Of a DNA stretch of 64,000 nt, positions 1 to 9,200 are shown piece by piece. The stretch is from a virus. The stretch lies in IMG/VR virus record IMGVR_UViG_3300035001_000008, positions 32,001 to 96,000 of that record; one strand, 5' to 3'. Below the pieces are notes generated by a model that saw only the letters and a list, made by a program, of their open reading frames with translations, searched no databases and was not told where the DNA came from. The position numbers were made by a program, and so were the translations under genes. The number at the start of each line of letters is the position of its first letter. The first letter of the stretch is position 1.

Positions 1-215
1 GAATTACTAACAGAACAATTCAAGAACGATATGCCCGTGAAAGGCTACCATATACAATATTAAAAGAGAATAGATACCTTTTTGGCAGTCTAGCCAAACA
101 AAAAGAATCCGCACTATTAAAAAAGTTTAGCAATTACCTATACAAAGGTTTGCCAATTCTAAAAGACGGAAATACAGAAATTTTCATTAAGGACGTTCTT
201 AAACTCGATGCATAA
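1..215 (+). CDS. 5'-truncated GIY-YIG (T5orf172-like) homing endonuclease C-terminal domain; not in the ORF track
   Basis: Frame 3 reads ITNRTIQERYARERLPYTILKENRY...YKGLPILKDGNTEIFIKDVLKLDA* (stop 213-215), aligning with the C-terminus of 55933..56787 (ITSHKNAEDRFYRENIPFRVLSESRY...YKGEPLLLSGSTELFTKDVLNLDV). Confidence 0.8.
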   Translation, partial: ITNRTIQERYARERLPYTILKENRYLFGSLAKQKESALLKKFSNYLYKGLPILKDGNTEIFIKDVLKLDA

Positions 216-432
216 CGAAAATACTATTCACGCTAATCTAAAAGCCCTCAGAAACACTACAAACAAAAGTCAATCTACACTAGCTAAAGAATTAAACCTC
301 AGCGTGGATGCTTACAGAAAATGGGAGCATGGTAAGAAGTCTATTGATATTTTAGATTGTCACCGCTTAGCTGATGTTTTTGAACTTACACCAGTAGAAA
401 TATTTATCCAACTAAACAAAGGACTCCTATAA
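208..432 (+). CDS. XRE-family helix-turn-helix transcriptional regulator
   Basis: LKALR..T.KSQSTLAKELNLSVDAYRKWEHGK...LADVF is a typical HTH_3 pattern. Confidence 0.85.
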   Translation: MHNENTIHANLKALRNTTNKSQSTLAKELNLSVDAYRKWEHGKKSIDILDCHRLADVFELTPVEIFIQLNKGLL

Positions 433-806
433 TGGAAAACCCTAACGCTTTTCACATCAACCTAAAAACATATACTGAAAATAACTTTGCTTTAGACTAT
501 AAGCCTGCTATTGCTGATGGCATTGAACGTTGGCTTATTATGTATAACACACCAGTAATTATTGAATGTTCAGAAGTAAATACAATATTCACCATTTACC
601 TAAACAGTCTTTTAGCTGATTTAATTCATCGTCTAGGTGTAGAACGTAGCGGTTCAATGGTTTCATTCAGTAATTTAAGTGAATTAAATAATAGAGTATT
701 GGAACTTAGCCGTAAACACGTTTTTAATTACTTTAATGACCCTAAATATAAAGAAGCGGTAGATAGCATTCAGGGTAGTGTAATTGGGGTATTTGATGAT
801 AACTAA
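432..806 (+). CDS. STAS-like domain protein (DUF4325-like)
   Basis: Pattern PVIIECSEVNTIFTIYLNSLLADL..LG and C-terminal YFNDPKYKEAV resemble cyanobacterial DUF4325 proteins; TAATG-coupled to the XRE gene. Confidence 0.65.
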   Translation: MENPNAFHINLKTYTENNFALDYKPAIADGIERWLIMYNTPVIIECSEVNTIFTIYLNSLLADLIHRLGVERSGSMVSFSNLSELNNRVLELSRKHVFNYFNDPKYKEAVDSIQGSVIGVFDDN

Positions 807-869
807 AATAGTTGCACATGTCGGTAAATATTAGATATAATAAGTGTATTCTTTAGGATTAAACAAACA

Positions 870-1070
870 ATGCTTGCTGTATGGCCAGGTGATTTAGTCC
901 GGTACAAAGGTAAAAGTTTTGGTGGAAAACCTGATATATTTGAAATTGTAGAATATGACCCTATCCTAAAGATTGCATTATTTAAAAATACTAGAAGCGG
1001 TTTGGCTGCTGGATGGGGGCCAATCAGCGACTTAATCTTAATAAAGTCAGGTAAAAAAATTGATAATTGA
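870..1070 (+). CDS. Small hypothetical protein (SH3/KOW-like, PGDLVRY)
   Basis: Same-strand ORF filling the gap between the two STAS-like genes. Confidence 0.5.
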   Translation: MLAVWPGDLVRYKGKSFGGKPDIFEIVEYDPILKIALFKNTRSGLAAGWGPISDLILIKSGKKIDN

Positions 1071-1407
1071 AGTTTACAAATACACAGGGCGTTACGCATT
1101 AGCCTACGATTACCCTCCATGTAGACATTTAATTAAAGACTCAATCAAATTAGTACATAAGTGGAATTACCCTGTAAAATTTGATTTAACTTCAGTGGAA
1201 TTGCTTTTACCAGAATTCGCTACTGATATGCTCAAAGACTTCTACACAACTTTAGGATATAAAAAGCCTAAAAAGTTTGTCAATTGGATTAATGGCAATG
1301 ATTTAGTAACTGCCATTTGTGAATCAAGTTTATTGCATGTTGATACTTGGTGGCGTGACCCTAGGTATAAACATGCGGTTGAGTTGTTGGAATCGAATGT
1401 AGTTTAA
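1060..1407 (+). CDS. STAS-like domain protein (DUF4325-like), paralogue of 432..806
   Basis: IIEVYKYTGRYA...PVKFDLTSVELLLPEF...LG...DPRYKHAV. Confidence 0.65.
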   Translation: MIIEVYKYTGRYALAYDYPPCRHLIKDSIKLVHKWNYPVKFDLTSVELLLPEFATDMLKDFYTTLGYKKPKKFVNWINGNDLVTAICESSLLHVDTWWRDPRYKHAVELLESNVV

Positions 1408-1409
1408 GG

Positions 1410-2096
1410 TTAAACGCTCAATCCCCTAGCTACCGCTTCTTCTAAAGTTAATTGAATTAATTCGCAGCGGCACCGATTGTAACAAGTGCAATCCTGAGAA
1501 GGAAGAGGTAACACCCCTAGCTTCTGTATGCCTCTAGAAGCGTGGGCAATACAACTACCGCAGTGTCTAGCTAAAGGGTCTAATACTCTCACCTCCCAGG
1601 GCTTATCACGCGCCCTATCGCGTTTCATCTGCCAATAGGATTGTTGCCCACTGTCAGCATACATAGCTAATCGTTGTTTCAATCTAGCTACTGAAACATT
1701 ACCAGCCTCAATATCCATTGCAAGGAATTTCAGGCCGTATCGTTTTCCATCCTCCCCAATGCCTGAGTAATATTGATTTTTAAGTTTCCTAGCAATTGTT
1801 AAAAAGTCATTTGAAGTTAAATATTCAGATCCACCCGCTCCTAAAATGCCACTCGAAACATGTATATGCTTCAAATGCTCAGCAGCCCTTAATTGAAATT
1901 GAAATAAAGTAATCTCACCACTTTCTAACTTATCAGCAAGTTCAATTAATTTAACTTTCTCACGTTCAATATACCCTTTTGTTAAATTTAAGGCGGCTTC
2001 TTTTTTAAGAAATTGACCAGTATCAATATAGCGATACCGCTTTACACGGGGGTCAAATCTTACATTTGGGGTAATAGCGTCAATATTAAATTCCAT
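1410..2096 (-). CDS. Phage minor head / head morphogenesis protein (MuF/SPP1 gp7-like C-terminus)
   Basis: C-terminal RVLDPLARHCGSC...LPLPSQDCTCYNRCRC motif. Confidence 0.7.
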   Translation of the reverse strand: MEFNIDAITPNVRFDPRVKRYRYIDTGQFLKKEAALNLTKGYIEREKVKLIELADKLESGEITLFQFQLRAAEHLKHIHVSSGILGAGGSEYLTSNDFLTIARKLKNQYYSGIGEDGKRYGLKFLAMDIEAGNVSVARLKQRLAMYADSGQQSYWQMKRDRARDKPWEVRVLDPLARHCGSCIAHASRGIQKLGVLPLPSQDCTCYNRCRCELIQLTLEEAVARGLSV

Positions 2097-2133
2097 TTGA
2101 ATTAAAATAAAGTTATACCACTATTTTAATTGA

Positions 2134-2451
2134 ATGACTTTAATACACTTTGAGGAACAAGACCCAAAGAAATTAATTAAAAGTCAAAGGGCAGAAATAT
2201 TAAATCACTTTAAGCATACTTGTGTTTATTGCAAATCAAAAACTAAGCACATGACTATAGATCATGTGATACCCATTAAATATGGTGGCAGTGAAAGAAC
2301 TTCAAATAAAGTAACTGCGTGCCGTAGTTGTAATTTAGATAAAGCTCATGAGCCTTGGATTCCTTGGTATAGGCGACAATCTTTTTATGATGCTGTAACT
2401 GAGGTTTTTATTAAAGAATGGATTGATGTTGAGTTGAGAGAAGCGAGTTAA
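2134..2451 (+). CDS. HNH endonuclease
   Basis: CVYC...TIDHVIP..YGG....NKVTACRSCNLDK. Confidence 0.92.
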   Translation: MTLIHFEEQDPKKLIKSQRAEILNHFKHTCVYCKSKTKHMTIDHVIPIKYGGSERTSNKVTACRSCNLDKAHEPWIPWYRRQSFYDAVTEVFIKEWIDVELREAS

Positions 2452-2605
2452 ACGTACAACGCAACTATGCAAATTACAACGCCAGTAACAATACTGGCAA
2501 AACCCCATACCTTTTTATAAAAAGAATTTCGCCATCCACACAACCATTCAAACCCACTTAAAATCAAGCTGAATCCAATAAAGCCTAAAAATGTACCTAC
2601 AATTA

Positions 2606-3361
2606 TCATTTAATTAAAAGTCCCATTTGTTTGTACTTTCTAAACCTATCGCGGTACATATCTAGGTAAAACTCAAGTTCACTTTTATCTAAAGTGAAAA
2701 TTTGCGGTTCATGCTCAGGTACAGCAATAACAATTTTTGCTTGTTCAATAGGAGCGCATTCATTTTTATAAACGTGATTAAAGGCTGTAGCGTATGCTCC
2801 AGCTTGCATTAAATAACCTTCAATCCATTCTTTCTTTTTAGGCTTACCTTTATTCTTTCCCTTACCTGGCTTAGAAGTCTTCCAGTCTAATAGCGTTACA
2901 ATCCCGTCTACTATGCCTACCGAGTCCATTCTGCCAGCGTAGCAGCCAGGAAACCACACTACAGACTCAGTTAATATGAAATGCTCAACAGTCACTAAAA
3001 ACTGTTCTAGGCTGTACCACCAATCAGCCCATATATCAGAATCAACTATTACCTTTTTACCCGCTTGAAAATCCTCAGCTTTAGCGTGAGTCCAATTACC
3101 TCTATCTAATGAATCATCGTTAGGGTTTTCAGTCCTCCACTTTTTGAAAAATTCCTTTTTCTCCGGTGGATCAGTATTGCTACAAACAGTAGTAACTGAA
3201 GGCAGGAACTCATAGTAGGGCAGGTACTTTTTTACTTCAGATGGATAAAGTTTATCTGTTTTAAGTTCAAATTCCTTAGGAATGCTATCAACTAAAGGAA
3301 CCGTGTAATGCCGCTTCCAATTGATAGACACCGTTTGATAATCGTATGATTGTAATTTCAT
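2606..3361 (-). CDS. PD-(D/E)XK exonuclease (RecB/Cas4-like phage exonuclease)
   Basis: PSVTTV, RGNWTH, YAGRMD...LLDWKTS, Q.GAYA motifs. Confidence 0.85.
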   Translation of the reverse strand: MKLQSYDYQTVSINWKRHYTVPLVDSIPKEFELKTDKLYPSEVKKYLPYYEFLPSVTTVCSNTDPPEKKEFFKKWRTENPNDDSLDRGNWTHAKAEDFQAGKKVIVDSDIWADWWYSLEQFLVTVEHFILTESVVWFPGCYAGRMDSVGIVDGIVTLLDWKTSKPGKGKNKGKPKKKEWIEGYLMQAGAYATAFNHVYKNECAPIEQAKIVIAVPEHEPQIFTLDKSELEFYLDMYRDRFRKYKQMGLLIK

Positions 3362-4170
3362 TCCTTTATTTATTCTTAAGTAGGTTAATTAAACGTGCAA
3401 GGTCATCATTAGATAACTTACCTAGTAACCTTTGATATTTAAGCAAGTCGCCTACATATAACGCCTCTATTGTTTCAGATAACGTAGATGACATTGGCGC
3501 AAGGTTGGCAGCATCAGGAAGGCTCATTAATTAGTCCTTATTTAAGTAAAATGTCGTTATACACCCCAAGTATATGGTAACTAACGTTAGTTGTGCAATA
3601 TCAGATGCACTTAAAAAGCCGTCTAACATCCCAGTATATAACCGCTCAGACCCACCAAATAGGAAACTAGCTAGTAAAAAGTCTTTACTACCCTTTTGGA
3701 ACAGCTCTATTAAATTGTCCATTTAATTCAAGTGTTCATTGGTAGTGATCCTATCAAAATCGGCATCCCTAGTAGATTCTGAATTATAAGCCCATTCAAT
3801 ATCACATCCCTCAAAAACAATAGATGCAATACCATCATTGTCTGGATACCACCTCAATCTTGACTTTTTGATAGAGTTACACAGGCTTAGATTGACAGGG
3901 TTATTAGCTCTAGCATGTCCTCGGTATCTTGTACTTTCTACAGAACACTTAACAAAAAATGGATTAATACTCATTTTACTTTCCTTGATTGGGTGTTTCC
4001 TTCAATTTAGATTGAATTTGTTTAATGACATCATCAGCGCTTACTGAGTTCTCTAGGCGGTAACGTTCAATCTCAGTGTAGTTAATGGTTGCAGTTGGCA
4101 TACGTCTACCTAATGAAACAGCCTCAATGTTACCACTATCTAATTGAATTGACAGTATGGGAATTACCAC
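3362..4170 (-). other. Run of small hypothetical ORFs (3531..3722, 3723..3974, 3976..4170 and an unlisted ORF of about 53 aa ending near 3365)
   Basis: Head-to-tail minus-strand ORFs continuing the same operon. Confidence 0.6.
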
Positions 4171-4478
4171 TAGACGGATTTATCTAAATTTGATTCGTAT
4201 AGATGTTGCTGCAATAGATACCCTTTAAGTAACCACAATTGATCCTCGGCATCTTGTCTAGCAACAAAACGACCTACATCAAGATCAAAGTTATTAGGGT
4301 CTATACAAGCGCCTCTACCAGTAACAGCAAACCCGTTAGGTAATTTGTAAGATACAAGTAACTCTTTGCCCCAAAAAATATGCTCTGAGGTTTCAGAGGC
4401 GTCTAGCAAAGCGTTGATGCCTTCTATAGTTACTTTGTTGTCTGGATACCAAACAGAGTAATCTTTAGACATAATCAT
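4170..4478 (-). CDS. N4 gp49 / Sf6 gp66 family protein (candidate cyclic-nucleotide sponge)
   Basis: LPNGFAVTGRGACIDPNNFDLDVGRFVARQDAEDQLWLLKGYLLQQHL matches the family pattern NGF.VTG.SAC..P.NFD..IG..IA...A...IW.LEGYLL. Confidence 0.85.
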   Translation of the reverse strand: MIMSKDYSVWYPDNKVTIEGINALLDASETSEHIFWGKELLVSYKLPNGFAVTGRGACIDPNNFDLDVGRFVARQDAEDQLWLLKGYLLQQHLYESNLDKSV

Positions 4479-4832
4479 CCTTAATTTAAAATATCTACGT
4501 TATAAGACTGGGGTTATAGCTTACCCTTAAATTGGTATCTAGCTTTTACAGTGAATACCCTTTTAGGTGGTATAGGTTCATATTCACTAGGCATACAAAA
4601 CCTCTTGTTGAACAGAGCTAACCAGTACGGACTTAGCAACTACCATCCAAGTTTCTTTTACTTCACTCTGCAAGTCTTCCCATACCGTAGTGTATTGCCC
4701 ATTGAGAGTACACAACCAATAAGCGTTATAAGCTTCACTTGCGATTACTTCAATTGGAGTCATAGGACTAAGTAAATTAGGTAAAAAATAACTTGAAAAT
4801 CTAACAAGACAATATTTGTGAATTGATAGATG

Positions 4833-5114
4833 CTATTCATTCAAAGCAGCCTCAGCAATTTCAACGAAATCAGCAGCAGATATCTGACTTAGAGTTTCAT
4901 ATTCTGAATCAGTTAAAATGCTTCCATTAATCTGCATTGGCTCAACTGCATCAACCCTTTGAATGCTTACTTGTTTGTCGCAAGTACCCAAAGGGTTAAT
5001 TTTCGTATCAGTAATAGTGCAAGAGCCTGAATCGTAATATTCACAGTTGACGCAGACTGAATTAAAGTGTGTTTCAGAATCTACGTTATATCCAAGCTCT
5101 TTTAGAGTTACCAT
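4833..5114 (-). CDS. Small Cys-motif protein (HiPIP-like CxxC-x5-C-x12-C)
   Basis: CVNCEYYDSGSCTITDTKINPLGTCD. Confidence 0.45.
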   Translation of the reverse strand: MVTLKELGYNVDSETHFNSVCVNCEYYDSGSCTITDTKINPLGTCDKQVSIQRVDAVEPMQINGSILTDSEYETLSQISAADFVEIAEAALNE

Positions 5115-5152
5115 TTATGTCTAATGTTAGATGAGTCTATTCTAACTAAATA

Positions 5153-5884
5153 CTAAAACCCGTACCGCCAGCGGGCATAATATCCGCGAACATCAGCATG
5201 GGTGAAAACAGATGAGCTTGCTAAGCCCCCTCGATTACCCCACCAAGGATCTAGCTTTGCATATACATCAGCAGGGAGCATACCCTCTACTCTAAAATCA
5301 ACACCAAGCCCCGTCATGTGGGTGCTCTGTGTTGCCCCATTAACCCTACGGTTAGTAGCTGGGTCGCGATACCAGGAATTAATATAAATAGGTCTATCTA
5401 GAAATTCTCTAATATCTTGCATAGCCTTAGCAGATGAAATGATGCCATCTACTACCCTAGCATTGGCAGGGGGTCTATAAGCTTTACCTGAGAAGTGCAA
5501 AGCCTCACCCCAAGTAAAATTACCATTCTGGATAATAGGCTGATTGCTGTAGAACGTACTGCTTTGACCCGGTAGCTTAAAAGCTACTCCAGGGTTCTTT
5601 ACATCAGGCGGTTCATCTTTAGGCTTGTTATTAGGGCTGTACCCTGCTGCATCCTCAACGTGTGGTTTATAAACGTGCCAAGTATTGCGGCCTGTTGGGT
5701 GAATATCTTTAATATTAAATTTAGTAGGGTCAAACGTTACCAATAGGTAATCATCAAGCTCACTATAAGACTGAATCGGGTATGTCCCTGCTTTAATAAA
5801 AGCTTTGTCAGAGTCAGGTAAAACTGAAGCTGCTTTAGTTGAGGTTTTAACCCAAGTAGGTGCCGTGATAGTTAGAGTATGCAT
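5153..5884 (-). CDS. Endolysin, peptidase M15A family, with an N-terminal putative cell-wall-binding domain
   Basis: INSWYRDPATNRRVNGATQSTHMTGLGVDF...FTHADVRG (Zn ligands H, D, H). Confidence 0.9.
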   Translation of the reverse strand: MHTLTITAPTWVKTSTKAASVLPDSDKAFIKAGTYPIQSYSELDDYLLVTFDPTKFNIKDIHPTGRNTWHVYKPHVEDAAGYSPNNKPKDEPPDVKNPGVAFKLPGQSSTFYSNQPIIQNGNFTWGEALHFSGKAYRPPANARVVDGIISSAKAMQDIREFLDRPIYINSWYRDPATNRRVNGATQSTHMTGLGVDFRVEGMLPADVYAKLDPWWGNRGGLASSSVFTHADVRGYYARWRYGF

Positions 5885-6151
5885 TTATTCTTCAGTCCCA
5901 CTTACATTTTCAGATTGAATAGATGCGGCTACTGGAGTGCCTACAATAGCTTCAGTAGCTTTCTTACGTCCCTCGATAGTGCCGTGTAGAGTAATAGCAC
6001 CTGCAAACAAGGCCGCGATTTCAATTTGATTAGGAACTCTGAATTTACCCGTATCAGGATTGTATAGAGCAACTACTGTACTAAGTACAAGTACAACAAA
6101 AGCACCTACAGCATTCTGAACGGTACTTGATTTATAAACTGGCTTAGACAT
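5885..6151 (-). CDS. Putative holin
   Basis: 88 aa with two hydrophobic segments, YKSSTV...IEGRKKAT pattern, immediately upstream of the endolysin. Confidence 0.6.
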   Translation of the reverse strand: MSKPVYKSSTVQNAVGAFVVLVLSTVVALYNPDTGKFRVPNQIEIAALFAGAITLHGTIEGRKKATEAIVGTPVAASIQSENVSGTEE

Positions 6152-7799
6152 TTTTAATTACCCTTTTATAGTGCTGATAGGCATCGTAAGAATGCTGACC
6201 TTCAATCTTGAATGTGTTATTGGTAGGAATACCGCTGAATGCTGCAAGCATAGTTAGACCGTATAGAGTCTCATACCCATGTGTAAGTTCTTCAAACTTA
6301 TCGCCATGCTTGAGATAAAGCGCTTCAAGGTAATGTCGTACTCTAGCGGCTTCTACATCGTCTGTAATAGGCCCAACAGATTGAGCGTAAGCATAGACAG
6401 TATCTACAATAGAAACGGTTGCAGGCGCTTCAGGCGTAGGCTCAACCTCTTCTATAGGGCCAATAATAGATTCGATAATCTCTTCAACTACTGGCAAATC
6501 TTCATCATGAATGTCTACGTTCACATTCTCAACAAGTTCTTTGCCAATTAACTCGCTTACTTTTCGTCTGACCATATCAAATAGCACTGTGAGGTTTAGT
6601 ATGCAGTTTTTTAAGGGTGTGCCTAACGTTTTGGGTTTCAGCCGGGTTTACAGGAATTGAAAACCAAATGCTAATTACATAGGACAATGCAGTAGAGATT
6701 ACAGCCCAAGTATCAATCAACCTAAACTTAAACCAATAAACTAACCACATCAACGGATAGTAATCAGTTCTGACTATGTAAACTAACTGTCTGCTGTAAT
6801 CGGTTTGCACAACCTTATAAGACACTTGAGCGTTTACACCAAGATCATAAGGTGAAACTAATACACATTGTGATTCAGGTATATCCATATCAAATAGCAC
6901 TAGCTTGAGGAATAAGATTCAAATTACGTTCAGGTGTGCCCGCTACCCTACGTCGCCAATAAGTTACACCTGTTACCTCTTTACTTTCAACTACTCCATC
7001 TAACTTAAGTTTACTCAAAATGATTGAAGTAACAGGTCTAATAGTGCCTGAAAGGTTTGTGATTTCATAAATGGATTTCCAATGAAAATTAAGATTGCGG
7101 TAAACTAAATCCTGCATTAAATAAAAAAGGGTAGACGGGCTACCCCCATTGTATAACATTAGATTGTTTGATTAATTAGAGTAAGTCTAACTGTTTCTGC
7201 ATCTCTGCAATGATTGTAGACATAAACTCTTTTTGACTAGGAGGCATCACTCGATTACCAACATCCTTAGTACCTGGTGAATCCATATCAGGGTAGGCAG
7301 TCTTAACCGCTTGATTGAATACGCAGTCTGCATACTCTAAACATGCTTCCCATGCATTATCAAAACTGAGTGACCATTGGAGGTAATCATTGCGCCATTC
7401 CCAAATGAAGATGTCGCAGAAAAAACTAGGGTCTTTATCCCTGAGTAGGTGCAAGTCCTCTACAGCAGTATCTAACCATTCAAAAGATGCTGATAGGATT
7501 TTGTCTTTATCGTGAATAAGATTCCATGTCTCCGCATTAATAGAGTGAGTCTGCATTGCATACCCAGCAGGTAGACCTTCCACAGCCTCTACTATCTGCC
7601 AATGCCCTAGAGTCTTAAATTCTATATCAATCATCCTTACAGGAGCACCATGCCATGTAACAGGAGTGATATAGAAACAGCTACCTTGTTTAGGCTTACG
7701 CTTAATCGCTTTAGTGTAAGGGATAGCTTCAAACTCACCTGAAGCATTAGCCCGTTGTAAGTCTAACTTATTGAACATATTACTCCTATATTTACTCAT
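6144..7799 (-). other. Four hypothetical ORFs (6144..6587, 6577..6900, 6890..7159 winged-HTH-like, 7176..7799)
   Basis: Overlapping start/stop junctions in one minus-strand operon; 6890..7159 shows a wHTH pattern (SIYEIT..SGT...TSIILSKL..DGVVES). Confidence 0.6.
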
Positions 7800-7912
7800 C
7801 CATTATACGACATTAAACAAACTCAGCATTTACTTAAAGTGCGGTTGACGGTAGGTAAGCATCACTATAAAAGCTGTCGCAATGTGAGACTTAGTTATCT
7901 AATTAAGTGTAA

Positions 7913-8101
7913 GTATATCAACTTATATCCACATAATTCAATATGTTTATGTATACCCTAGCGCTCACCTTGCTTCGCAGGTCGCTACTATGCCAAGTGG
8001 TTATCTATAAAACCTCAGCTATTGTAGTCAGCCCGCGAAGCAAGGGCTGGCGACCACGTATTTATATACTTAATGAATTATGTGGATATAAGTTGATATA
8101 C
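7913..8101. repeat. Perfect 28-bp inverted repeat with a nested 11-bp inverted repeat
   Basis: GTATATCAACTTATATCCACATAATTCA (7913-7940) / TGAATTATGTGGATATAAGTTGATATAC (8074-8101); inner CCTTGCTTCGC (7968-7978) / GCGAAGCAAGG (8035-8045). Confidence 0.95.
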
Positions 8102-8148
8102 CTAGAGCCTCTATCTAAATGTTTGAATAAAAAAATAGCGCCTCTGTC

Positions 8149-8178
8149 GTTGCACGTTAGACAGAAAAGCGCTATACT
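8149..8178 (+). promoter_or_regulatory. Sigma70-type promoter overlapped by the operator motif, upstream of Rep-like gene A
   Basis: TTGCAC-N17-TATACT with GTTAGAC directly after the -35. Confidence 0.7.
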
Positions 8179-8210
8179 TGATTTAGTAATAATCAACTTA
8201 AGTATAACTC

Positions 8211-9164
8211 ATGAACAGCACGTTAGACAACGTTCCTCTATATTTTCTAGATATTGACCCAGACTGGAAAGACAAAATCGACACATGGGCATCTAATATG
8301 CCTAAGTCTTCCCTACTAGGTGTCATCGGTCTAACTCAGCATTTACTCTACTCACCAGCACACGCCATAGGAGCCTTAAAGAAGGATGTTGTAAGGCTTG
8401 ATGGGTGTTTGCTGTATAGCGTTGAGGAAGATGCCCTAGCAGAGCTAAATCAGCCTAGGTCATTTCAATGTGCATTAACTCACATTCAGAAGCATCTAGT
8501 TAGATACTGGATAGGTGCTACCTCAAATAGAATCACCCTCAGAAAGTACATTGCTAAGCTTTCCGGTCTAGGTGCATTCAGAACTGAGTCAGAATGGCAC
8601 CCAGGCGGCAAACAGCCTATGTTGTTCCATAACCTGAACTTTGATTTACTACTGGGTATTTACGAAAGGCTAGAAAAAGCTTGGTTTGAACGTGGGTTTA
8701 CAGTTCATGCATTCCCTAAGCATCGTGGGTTTGTAGGTAACTTACTGTTTCAAGCATGGACTAAGGTAATCTACGGTGTAGAGAATGCTAAGCCTAACCG
8801 AAGTGGGCAAGGTTCTACATTCGATTATGTATCTAAGGCTAGACACTCTCAGATAGCCTCTGACAAAGATGAGAGAGCTTTTCTAGAGTATTCTGCCCGT
8901 GTAGATGCTGAGCCTAGTAAAAGGTCTATTGAGCCTCCTAAGCCCGTCCTAACGGCTGTATATGAGGCAGCTAAGGCTAAGATTGATTTTGTATTCACTG
9001 ATTGGTTTTATCGCTTTGACTTTAAGCCTAAAAATCCTATCAAAGTTGAAAACCTTGTAACTAACCCTTATAGCCCTGAGCATTCCAGTTTGTATTGTGA
9101 ACCTCCTATGGAAGAATATGACGACGATATGAGAGCTTATGTAGAATCAATTCCTTTTAATTAA
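8211..9164 (+). CDS. Putative replication initiator / DNA-binding protein A (paralogue of 45895..47223)
   Basis: Shares L..LG.F, LL..YE.LE..F, P.H..F and P.RSG.GS blocks with 45895..47223; lies beside a large inverted repeat; function inferred. Confidence 0.4.
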   Translation: MNSTLDNVPLYFLDIDPDWKDKIDTWASNMPKSSLLGVIGLTQHLLYSPAHAIGALKKDVVRLDGCLLYSVEEDALAELNQPRSFQCALTHIQKHLVRYWIGATSNRITLRKYIAKLSGLGAFRTESEWHPGGKQPMLFHNLNFDLLLGIYERLEKAWFERGFTVHAFPKHRGFVGNLLFQAWTKVIYGVENAKPNRSGQGSTFDYVSKARHSQIASDKDERAFLEYSARVDAEPSKRSIEPPKPVLTAVYEAAKAKIDFVFTDWFYRFDFKPKNPIKVENLVTNPYSPEHSSLYCEPPMEEYDDDMRAYVESIPFN

Positions 9165-9200
9165 TTAAAAACTCAACCTAACTATACAAAGGACTTCAAA

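Noticed and set aside
7921-8095. Canonical DnaA-box cluster
   Set aside because: Only one imperfect box per arm (ATATCCACA); too few to call a DnaA-dependent origin, so it is mentioned only as part of the inverted repeat.
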